Positions 12,501 to 22,489 of a stretch of DNA of 64,000 nt are shown here, piece by piece. The notes beneath the pieces are model-generated. The model worked only from the letters and a program-made list of their open reading frames with translations. It did not search any database and was not told the origin of the DNA. The DNA comes from Malacoraja senta (lineage: Eukaryota): contig JAXLNO010000408.1 of the NCBI GenBank assembly GCA_038087875.1, positions 124,001 through 188,000 of the forward strand, in the 5' to 3' direction. Position 1 is the stretch's first letter. Every line of letters begins with the position of its first letter. The position numbers and the translations under genes were made by a program.

Positions 12501-13545
12501 TGTCGTTTGTACCCACGTGCACAACTACTGCCGGCTGTTCACCTTCTCTCTCAAGGATGTTCTGAATTCAGCTCGTGACATCCTGAACCCTGACCCCTGA
12601 CACCAGGGAGGCAACAGACCATCCACGCATCTCGTCTGCCGCCACAGAATCTCCTGTCCACTCCTCGGACAATGGAGTCACCCACCACTAGGGCTCTGCC
12701 CGACGTCGGTCTCACCGGTCGAGTCCCATCTCCAGGATTGGAGCCACCGACGTGTCCGCCGCTCGGACTGGAAACATCGTCTCCACGGACAGTTCCCAAG
12801 ATGGCGTACCTGTTTTCATTCGGCACAGCCACCTGGGTCTCCTGCACTCCACGATTTCCACCCTTTCTCTCCGTCACACACCTTGGTTCTTCCCGTAACC
12901 TCGGCGTGACTACCTCACTGTATGTCCTGTCCAGGAAACTCGTTTTCCCGGATGGCCCTGAGGTCATCCAGCTGCTTCTCCAGTGCCCCAACACGGTCCT
13001 GTAGGAGCTGAAGCTGGACGCACTTGCCACAGTTGTAGCAGCCAGAGGCTCCATCCGTGTCCATGGGCTCTCACATTCTGCAAGCCTCACAGTGTCTCAT
13101 CTGCCCCGACATGTGTTCACCGCATTCCGTCCTCTCGAGCTTTATGCGTAGCCTCCTCTCCTCAGCCTCCGAGCCAAAGACTCTCGAGCCAAAGACTCAC
13201 ACTTTACTCACAGGGCACTTCCCTCACTGCCGCTCCCTAAGAGCCGTCTTGCTTATATTGACTGATAAATTGCCTAATTTACCAATTTACCAACCAAATT
13301 CCTCAGTTTTAAACAGTTTTCCCCCTCTGACTCACTTCTAACTCTCCTCCCACCCGGGCTAGAGCCAATCAGTGCTTTCTCCTGCTTCTCTTTGTTGCTG
13401 TTGCTTCAAAATCCACGGGAGCTCTGAGTTAAGTCTGTCTGTGGTTTGCCCCATCCTTTTCACCTGTTTTCCCCCTCTGACTCACTTCTATCTCTCCTCC
13501 CACCCGGGCTAGAGCCAATCAGTGCTTTCTCCTGCTTCTCTTTGT
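9517..13545 (-). mobile_element. Near full-length degraded CR1 LINE (ORF1 SGNH esterase; ORF2 APE-RT)
   Basis: ORF1 fragments ALVVGDSIVRGVDRRFCG and HVGTNDIG...VVISGLLP...DGLHLNWRG. APE fragment VLYMNARSIRNKVDEL...VGITETWL. RT fragments [39 protein letters not shown]. Many frameshifts. Confidence 0.9.
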
Positions 13546-13820
13546 TACCCCGGTCACCCTGACGGTCGCATGGCACAGTGATAATGGAGTTAACGACCAA
13601 CGACCACAATCAATCTCTGTCCATTAGTCTTCAACTGGTCCAGGCGTGGGTGTGAGACCACCCAATGGTGGAAGGTTTTGGACACATTGGTCCAACAACA
13701 CCTATTTCTCCCAGAATGTGCTTCCCCTAGAATGTTCACACCTCACATCCCAAGCTACCCATGTACTCCCACCCAAAACACACCAGTCACACACGCACAC
13801 AAAACCTTTGTCACGTCACA

Positions 13821-13826
13821 TTTATT
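13821..13826 (-). terminator. Poly(A) signal of the long secretory IgW form
   Basis: AATAAA about 290 nt downstream of the CH6 stop, followed by a GT-rich downstream element. Confidence 0.7.
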
Positions 13827-14118
13827 GAACTTGTATTGGTACATTGACACAGACATAGATTTAATATCTCGTGTGATCCCATACAGGGTTGAAATCTGAT
13901 CAAACATGGCAGAAATAGTTCTGTAAATGTATCCAGAAGCTCAGACATTGGTGGTGAATCATGGCTGCGGCTTAATTTGTATCTCGTGTGGAATTATGTT
14001 TTAAATGATTTACAAAGGTTCACATTTTGATGATGTATTAGGGAACTAACCCATCATCCTCTGGGTCAGTTAATAAATCCAGAAATGAACAAAACAAGTG
14101 TTTGAGAAATGAATCATG

Positions 14119-14504
14119 TTATACACAAGATTTAAAGCTATCAGTCAGAACAAGTGAGACATTGACCAGGGTGGGTTTGTTGTGAGATTTATTGATGCTT
14201 CTGAATAGGCTGGTTGTGATGGACCCGTGTCCCACAACACAGGAGAAGGTGGTGCCACTGTTCCACTCCTCTGGAGAAACCTTCAACTGACTGGTCATGG
14301 TGTTCCACCCATTCCTGGTGTCCTTGGTCACGGGCTGGTTCACGATCCCTGTCTTCAGAAGGGTGTCGTTGGCCATCCAGGCCACATAGATGTCTGCAGG
14401 AGAGAATCTGGTGACCAGGCACGTCAAGGTGGCCGTCTCATCCGTCTCCACCTCATCTAATGAAGGGGGAAGAAGGTAGACTTGAGGACGACTCTCAACT
14501 CCAT
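14119..14504 (-). CDS. IgW: IgW terminal CH6 exon with secretory tailpiece (intact)
   Basis: AG acceptor at 14506-14505. DGVESRPQVYLLPPSLDEVETDETATLTC...WMANDTLL...EEWNSGTTFSCVVGH...KPTLVNVSLVLTDSFKSCV*. The N-V-S glycosylation site and penultimate Cys are typical of the IgW/IgNAR tail. Confidence 0.93.
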
Positions 14505-14700
14505 CTGGGAACAGGGAGAACCTGAGTTAGACTGAATCTGTCGGTAATTCTGTATTTACCCAATACATTCCAATCTTATACTGACATGGACACCGTTTAC
14601 ATCCTGAGGGGACCTCCGTTCACCTGAAACTGAAGGCTTTTCCTTTCTGCTCATTGTAGGGATGTATGGAATAGAAGTCATGTCTCTGGTGCATTTTACA

Positions 14701-14975
14701 GGGCGGCATGGTGGCGCAGCGGTAGAATTGCTGCCTACAATGTCAGAGACATGGGTTTGATCCCCACTATGGGTGGTGTCTGTATGGAGTTTGTACGTGA
14801 CCGTGTGGTGCTCCGGTTTCCTCCTAAAACGTACATGTTTGTAGGCTAATTGGCTTGGTTTAATTGTACATTGTCCTTGGTGTGTGCCGGTGTAGCGTTA
14901 GTGTGCAGGGATCGCTGGTCGGCACGGACTTGGTGGGCCGAAGGGCCTGTTACTGTATCTCTAAATTAAACTGAA
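14701..14975 (+). mobile_element. tRNA-derived V-SINE (HE1-like)
   Basis: GGGCGGCATGGTGGCGCAGCGGTAG head, GGAGTTTGTACG core, CR1-like tail GGGCCGAAGGGCCTGTT. Confidence 0.8.
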
Positions 14976-15812
14976 CTATAGCTTCCAGTGAGTTTAAACA
15001 GGAACCACTGAATGCAGAGACTCTACAGAAAGTGGAACCCAGGCCTTGGACCTGCCTTGTCCTGCGCTGTCTGTTCCATCTCCCCTTCTGCTTAAATGAT
15101 CTGCTGGTCTTTGCCTCAAGCTCCCTGCCCTTCCAGTCCTGACTCAGCTTGTATCTCGGCTTGTGAAAGCTGCAAATCCCTCTCCCTCGACTCTATCTAA
15201 GCAGCTCACGCTGTGGGAAGGTGTGGTTTTGGGCGAGGCTGTCGTGGTGACTTGGGATTTTAATGACGTGGTTAATCAGCTGAGTTTGATCTTCTTTTGG
15301 TCCCTCACACTCTCTGACCATCTGTAAGTCCACCCGATATCCATTAGATATCCACTGGAGTTCAGAAAAATCCAAAGGAATCTGAGAGAAACTAATACAT
15401 TCTTATCCGGATTGGACAGGTGAGGTAGAAGAAGATTGATTCAGATATTGGGGAATCCAGGCCAGGAGATGACAGTCTGAGGTGAAGGTGTGTAGGTGTG
15501 AGAGGGGGGAGAAATGTCTTGACCCAGACAGTGTGAACCTGGGCATTCTCTGCCACAGGCAGCACTGAAGCCCAATTATTAAATATATACAAGAATGAGT
15601 TGGATCCAGTTCTTAGGGTAAAGGGATCAAGGGATATGGAGAGAATGCAGGAAGCGAGTACTGAATATGGATGATCAGCCGTGCTCATATTGAATGTCCG
15701 TGCAGGATTGATGGGCTGAATGGCCTGCTCCTGCAATTACTTTCTATGCTGGATGTGATAAGTCTGTCCATTTGCTCAGATCAGACTCGCACCAACCTCT
15801 GTCCACACGTAC

Positions 15813-16123
15813 CTGTCGGCTTCTCCAAGGATCTTCTCTCCGGTGTTGGCAAACTCTTGTCCTCCACCACACAGGTGTACACAGCCCCACTCTCCCACTC
15901 TGCAGCGGGGACCTGGTGATGGTGTCTTCACCTCCGATCCTCTCTGGACCACGAGTTGTCACCCCGTCTTCTCTCTTCATTCTATTCACTTGCCAGGTTA
16001 CCCTGAATCCCTGTAAATCACCGTGAACCACCTTACACAGAATGGTGGCCGTCTTGTTGATCCAGATCTCTTCGAAGGAAGGTTTGCTTAAAGTGACCGA
16101 GGGGCGGGTATCTGAACATTCAT
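15813..16123 (-). pseudogene. IgW: IgW CH5 exon with a frameshifting internal deletion
   Basis: Canonical AG/GT, 311 nt (not a multiple of 3). KPSFEEIWINKTATILC...VTWQVN...TIT, frameshift, VPAAEWESGAVYTCVVEDKSLPTPERRSLEKPT. Confidence 0.9.
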
Positions 16124-16269
16124 CTGGGAGGAATCACAATTATTATGTCATCGTTCCCTGATGGGGGCAGCTTGTCACTCAAACATTTCCTGCTCATCTC
16201 CACCGAATGATATGCCGGTCCCATCAACATCAGGGAGATTTATCTACATTGGTGTAGGAATGAAGCTTC

Positions 16270-16840
16270 CTCAAGTCAACTTTATTTGTCACCAACATAC
16301 ACATACAAGATGAGCAGTGAAATGAAAGTGGCAATGCCTGCGGATTGTGCAAAAAACTACAGAACAGAACAGAACAGAACCAGTATTTACATTTTAGAAA
16401 AAAAATGAAAAAAGACACAACGCAACAGTATTTAGTCGCTGGTGAGATCAGAGTTTACCGTCCTGACGGCCTGTGGGAAGAAACTCCGTCTCATCCTCTC
16501 TGTTTTCACAGCGTGACAGCGATGACGTTTGCCTGACCGTAGCAGCTGGAACAGTCCGTTGCTGGGGGGGTAGGGGTCCCCCATAATGTTGCTGGCTGGC
16601 TCTGGATCTGCCCCTCCTGGTGTATAGTTCCTGCAGGGGGGGGTGAGTGTAGTTCCCATGGTGCGTTCGGCCGAACGCACTACTCTCTGCAGAGCCTTCC
16701 TGTCCTGGGCAGAGCTGTTCCCAAACCAGATTGAGATGTTTCCGGACAAGATGCTTTCTACAGCCCCAGGGTAGAGGCACTGGAGGATACTCAGAGAGAC
16801 TCTGAATTTCCTCAGCTGCCTGAGGTGGTAAAGGCCTATT
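16270..16840 (-). mobile_element. Rex1/Babar-type LINE 3' fragment
   Basis: WFGNSSAQDRKALQRVVRSAERTMG...FQLLRSGKR...SFFPQAVRTVN. Confidence 0.8.
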
Positions 16841-17103
16841 GATCACACAAGGAAACCCTGCTAAACAATGACAGTTTTGTGATCACTGAACCTGTTACCA
16901 GCTATTTACTGGATCATGTGTATAAAAATCCCTCTGGTCTCGACCCAAAAACCTCACCTCCCCATGTCCTCCCGGGATGCTGCCTGACCTGCTGAGTTAC
17001 TCCAACACTGTGTCCCTTCATTTACTCACAACTGTTTAAATACAGTTTGTATCCATGAGGTGTAACTAAACTCTCCTGCTACTTTGTCAGAATGTTGTGT
17101 GTG

Positions 17104-17216
17104 TTACAGCCGGCCTGTCCCACAGGCTGCTACACATTGCCCAGACTGACTGTTGCCACGCTGGGGCAGGGAGAGAGCTGCTCTGCTGGGACACTCTGTC
17201 ACAGCTGAGGCACCCA
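17104..17216 (-). CDS. Candidate second interspersed secretory exon after CH4
   Basis: Good polypyrimidine acceptor (AG at 17218-17217). Phase-1 open frame GASAVTECPSRAALSLPQRGNSQSGQCVAACGTGRL* with three Cys. The position fits a short secreted isoform ending after CH4. Confidence 0.45.
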
Positions 17217-17497
17217 CTGGCATTAAGTACAAAGGCAGAGGGAAAGACCGTTTTGAAGAACAGTAGACAATAGACAATAGGTGCAGGAGTAGGCCATTCG
17301 GCCCTTCGAGCCAGCTGATCATCCCCGTTCCTGCCTTCTCCCCATATCCCCTGATCTTTAAGAGCCCTATCTAGCTCTCTCGTGAAAGTATCCAGAGAAC
17401 CGGCCTCTATCGTGGATCTCCACCGTCTGGCCTGTCGACTGCTTGGATTGCCCTCAAGTTACGAAAGCAATGTCAAAGATACAATTATTTCTGTGGC

Positions 17498-17622
17498 CAG
17501 ACTCACTTACAAGCCCACAACAGGACTGCACCGTGTTAGTGCTGCCCATGTGTGGCACAGACTCACTTACAAGCCCACAACAGGACTGCACCGTGTTACA
17601 GTGCTGCCCATGTGTGGCACAG
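17498..17622. repeat. 60-bp tandem duplication just 3' of the CH4 donor
   Basis: CAGACTCACTTACAAGCCCACAACAGGACTGCACCGTGTTA..GTGCTGCCCATGTGTGGCA x2. Confidence 0.9.
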
Positions 17623-17661
17623 TTTACAATGTGGAGAATGGAGTGAATCCCAGGAGCCTAC

Positions 17662-18012
17662 CTTGGATGTTCTTCACATCCTTCGTGACGATGGTGTTGG
17701 AGGCACGATGATACACTGTACAATTGAAGTGTGAGCCTGACTTCCTGTCCTCTGTACTCGTGGTCAGGAGGTGGCTGACACTGAAAGTGCCCCCCTGCTC
17801 CAGAGCAGTTGGTGCAGCACTGGTGTTGTTGGAGATCAGGGCACCGTCTTTACTCCAAGTGACGTTGACGAGGTCTGGGTCGAATCCAGAGACCACACAC
17901 GCGAGGGTGACCTTGTGGCTACGCTTGGTCTCGTCGAGGGTGACCTTGTGGCTACGCTTGGTCTCGTCGTGTGCTGGAAGCAGCAGTCTGACATCAGGCT
18001 TTTTGGGCTCAA
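17662..18012 (-). CDS. IgW: IgW CH4 exon, in frame, with a 33-bp internal duplication
   Basis: 351 nt, AG/GT. VEPKKPDVRLLLPAH(DETKRSHKVTL)x2ACVVSGFDPDLVNVTWSKDG...TEDRKSGSHFNCTVYH...VKNIQ. Conserved W changed to R in EDW. Confidence 0.9.
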
Positions 18013-18045
18013 CTGGAACAGAGGAAAATAAATGTTAAACTCTCT

Positions 18046-18610
18046 CATAGAGTCATAGAGTGATCCAGTGTGGAAACAGGCCCTTCAGCCCAACTTGCCC
18101 ACACCGGCCAACATGTCCCAGCTACACTAGTCATAGAGTGATCCAGTGTGGAAACAGGCCCTTCAGCCCAACTTGCCCACCCCGGCCAACATGTCCCAGC
18201 TACACTAGTCTCACCTGCCTTGTTTGGTCCATATCCCTCCAAACCTGTCCTATCCATGTACCTGTCTGTTTTTTTAATGTTAGGATAGTCCCAGCCTCAA
18301 CTACCTCCTCCGGCAGCTCGTTCCATACACCCACCACCCTCTTTGTGGAAAAGTTACCCTCAGACTCCTTTTAAATCTTTTCCCCTTCACCTTAAACCCG
18401 TGTCCTCTGGTCCTCGATTCCCCTACTCTGGGCAAGAGACTCTGTGCATCTACCCGATCTATTCCTCTCATGATTTTATACACCTCTATAAGATCTCCCC
18501 TCATCCTCCTGCGCTCCAAGGAATAGAGACCCAGCCTGCTCAACCTCTCCCTATAGCTCACACCCTCTAGTCCTGGCAACATCCTTGTAAATCCTCTCTG
18601 TACCCTCTCT
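18046..18610 (-). mobile_element. CR1 3' fragment with a 78-bp tandem duplication in the tail
   Basis: MLPGLEGVSYRERLSRLGLYSLERRRMRGDLIEVYKIM; the tail unit is repeated twice at 18052-18208. Confidence 0.8.
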
Positions 18611-18614
18611 CTCT

Positions 18615-18995
18615 GTCACAGCCATTCTGAATCTGACCTCTCTGTCCTGGGCTTCCTCCATGGCCAGAGTGAGGCCCACTGTAAATTGGAGGAGCAGCAC
18701 CTCGTATTTCGCTTGGGTAGTTTACACCCCAGCGGTATGAACATTGACTTCTTTAATTTCAGGTGGTCCCTGCTTTCTCCTCCCCTTCCCAGCTCTCCCC
18801 TCAACCCGCTGTCTCCACCTCTTCCTTTCTTCTTCCCGTCGCCCCCCACCCCCCACCCTCACATCAGTCTGAAGAAGGGTCTCGACCCAAAACGTTGCCT
18901 ATTTCCTTCGCTCCAGAGATGCTGCCTCACCCGCTGAGTTTCTCCAGCATTTTTGTCTACCTTTGATTTTCCAGCATCTGCAGTTCCTTCTTAAA
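18615..18995 (+). mobile_element. Penelope-like element 3' fragment (GIY-YIG C-terminus plus hammerhead-like motif)
   Basis: LEEQHLVFRLGSLHPSGMNIDFFNFR; CTGAAGAAGGGTCTCGACCCAAAACGTT at 18869. Confidence 0.8.
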
Positions 18996-19029
18996 CATTT
19001 AGCCATTTAATCACTGATCTGTTGCCCAC

Positions 19030-19334
19030 CTTTGTCATGGTTGGTCCGCGCTGACACTGGTGAGGATGATGAAGAACGTTGGGCGGAGAACACAAACTCC
19101 ACCCCGCTGGTCCACTCCTCCACGCTGGTCCGCAGTTCACTGATCACTGGGTTTCGGGTGCCTTCATGGCTTGGTGTACGGGTCACAACTCCTTCACGTC
19201 TCTCCTTTACCTCCCACCTTCCAGGTGAGATGGACCTGGCTCGGATCACGACAGATCACTGAACACACCAGCGTAGCGGTCTTGTTGATCCAAATCTCTT
19301 TCATGCCAGGATTTTTGAATGAAGACGGACAATT
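19030..19334 (-). pseudogene. IgW: IgW CH3 exon with two +1 insertions and loss of the second Cys
   Basis: 305 nt, AG/GT. Reconstructs to ELSVFIQNPGMKEIWINKTATLVC...TWKVGGKERREG...SELRTSVEEWTSGVEFVFSAQ (C changed to F). The extra A bases fall in A runs. Confidence 0.9.
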
Positions 19335-20589
19335 CTGTGGATCAGAAATGGAAACGTTCAGAATTTTAGTTGAGACTCATCTGTTACTAATGGAAAGCCA
19401 GGGCAGAAATCCAAACAGGTGTCTTATAAAATAACTTTAAGACTTTGATGTCATCAGATAAAAGACTGATCAATGGCAGATCAAAGATTGATTCTCTTCC
19501 CTACTTTTCACGTAACTTTTTCACGCAAAGGGTGGTGGATGTATGGAACCAGCTGCCAGAGGAGGTAGTTGAGGCAGGGACTATCCCAACATTTAAAAAA
19601 ACAGACAGGTACATGGATAGGGCAGGTCTGGCTAGATTTATTACAAAAGACTGATCAATAACAGATCAAACTATACACTGGCTAGATTATTGAAAACAGA
19701 ATAGCAGAAAAACTCGTGTTAAATAGCAGGTTGGGTGTTTTGACTGAAAGAAACCCAGAACAAAGGAGCCGTCAACTGGGATTTGACTCTCTTTCCCATC
19801 ACCATGATCAGCTGGTACATTACAGGGGCACAATTTGATATGTGCTTTGCTTGGAACCCCTGCAGCATCGATTAGTAATACTGAGCAACATGAATGAGAA
19901 ACGCTACTTTTCTCCTTGTAGGCCAAGCCTGGGATTCCCTCGGTTTAAGAATGTCACATGCTGATATCGCAGTCTTACTCTGACCATGTGTCTCACCATC
20001 TCTGAAACCTTCACCACAAACACAACCTTAAGTAAAGGTGTCATTCTTCCAACTCTGGGCACATAAGCCTACACTCCTTTCACCTTTGTACCACTTGCTG
20101 TGTCACGTTGCAGTGTTGCTCACAAGCACCAAAGCAGACTCAGCAGATTCATCCCCCGCATCTCTCCTCCTTCAAATGAAGAATGACAGTAAATGTCAAT
20201 CCAGAAGTTGTCGATCTGGTGACATGAGCTCAAAATTCCAACCCATGATCTGGGAATTTCAATATTATTAATAAATGCATTCTGACGTAAAACGCTTCCG
20301 TTGGTGGTGACGCATGTCGATAGTTCACTGCTGCACTTCACGGAAGGGAATGTGTCATCATATCTGTTCTGGCCAGTACGCAACTCCACACCTGTAGCAA
20401 AATGGCTCCAGACTAGTGTCAGTTTGGTGTGACTGTGCTCCAGTGAAGACTTTGAGGCGTTTCAGTAATTGATAGAAACTATCTGAAATAAATTAGTGGC
20501 TGACTCTCCAGCGACAGCAGAGCAAATCATAAATGGTTAGAAGTATCAAGGTCCCCCTTCTGCTGCAGATTGGGATGAAATTCTGCATT

Positions 20590-22487
20590 AAAAAGACAAT
20601 ACGAAGAGAAAAGATGAGGTACGAAGATAAGCTAGCCAAGAATATAAAGCAGGATAGTAAAAGCTTCTTTAAGTATGTGAAGAGGAAAAAATAGTTAAGA
20701 CCAAAGTTGGACCCTTGAAGACTGAAACAGGTGAATTTATTATGGGGAACAAGGAAATGGCAGATGTGTTGAACAGGTACTTTGGATTTGTCTTCACTAA
20801 GGAGGACACAAACAATCTTCCTGATATAGTAGTGGCCAGAGGAGCTGGGGTGACAGAGGAACTGAAGGAAATCCACATTAGGCAGGAAATGGTGTTGGGT
20901 AGACTGATGGGACTGAAGGCTGATAAATCCCCAGGGCCTGATGGTCTGCATCCCAGGGTACTTAAGGAAGTGGCTCTAGAAATCGTGGATGCATTGGTGA
21001 TAATTTTCCAATGTTCTATAGACTCAGGATCAGTTCCTGTGGATTGGAGGGTAGCTAATGTTATCCCACTTTTAAGAAAGGCGGGAGAGAAAACAGGGAA
21101 TTATAGACCAGTTAGCCTGACATCGGTGGTGGGGAAGATGCTGGAGTCAATTATAAAAGATGAGATAGCCGCACATTTGGATAGCAGTAACAGGATCGGT
21201 CCGAGTCAGCATGGATTTACGAAGGGGAAATCATGCTGGACTAATCTTCTGGAATTTTTTGAAGATGTAACTAGGAAAATGGACAAGGGAGAGCCTGTGG
21301 ATGTAGTGTACCTGGACTTTCAGAAAGCATTAGATCAGGTCCCACATAGGAGATTAATGGGCAAAATGAGGGCACATGGTATTGGGGGTACAGTGCTGAC
21401 ATGGATAGAGAAGTGGTTGGCAGATAGGAAACAAAGAGTAGGGATTAACGGGTCCCTTTCAGAATGGCAGGCAGTGACTAGTGGGGTGCCGCAAGGCTCG
21501 GTGCTGGGACCGCAGCTATTTACAATATATATTAATGATTTGGACGAGGGAATTGAATGCAACATCTCCAAGTTTGCGGATGACACAAAGCTGGGTGGCA
21601 GTGTGAACTGTGAGGAGGATGCTATGAGAATGCAGGGTGACTTGGACAGGTTGGGGGAGTGGGCAGATGCATGGCAGATGAAGTTTAATGCGAATAAATG
21701 GAGGTTATCCACTTTGGTAAAAACAGGAAGGCAGATTACTATCTAAATGGCGTCAAGTTGGGAAAAGGGGAAGTACAACGGGATCTGGGGGTCCTTGTAC
21801 ATCAGTCTATGAAAGTAAGCATGCAGGTACAGCAGGCAGTGAAGAAAGCGAATGGCATGTTGGCCTTTATAACAAGAGGAGTCGAATATAGAAGCAAAGA
21901 GGTCCTTCTGCAGTTGTACAGAGCCCTAGTGAGACCACACCTGGAGTATTGTGTGCAGTTTTGGTCCCCTAATTTGAGGAAGGACATTCTTGCTATTGAG
22001 GGAGCGCAGCGTAGGTTTACAAGGTTAATTCCCTGGATGGTGGGACTGTCATATGCTGAGAGAATGGAGCAGCTGGGCTTGTACACTCTGGAGTTTAGAA
22101 GGATGAGAGGGCATCTCATTGAAACATATAAGATTGTTAAGGGCTTGGACACGCTAGAGGCAGGAAACATGTTCCCGATGTTGGGGGAGTCCAGAACCAG
22201 GGGCCACAGTTTAAGAATAAGGAGTAAGCCATTTAGAACGGAGACGAGGAAACACTTTTTCTCACAGATTGGTGAATCTTGGACTTCTCCGCCTCAGAGG
22301 GCGGTGGAGGCAGGTTCTCTGGATGCTTTCAAGAGAGAACTAGAGAGGGCTCTTAAAAATAGCGGAGTCAGGGGATATGGGGAGAAGGCAGGAACGGGGT
22401 ACTGATTGGGGATGATCAGCCATGATCACATTGAATGGCGGTGCTGGCTCGAAGGGCCTACTCCTGCACCTATTGTCTATTGTCTAT
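20590..22487 (+). mobile_element. 5'-truncated CR1 LINE, RT region nearly intact
   Basis: ORFs 20715-21746 and 21698-22405: [39 protein letters not shown]; ends in a (CTATTGT)n tail. Confidence 0.92.
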
Positions 22488-22489
22488 TT

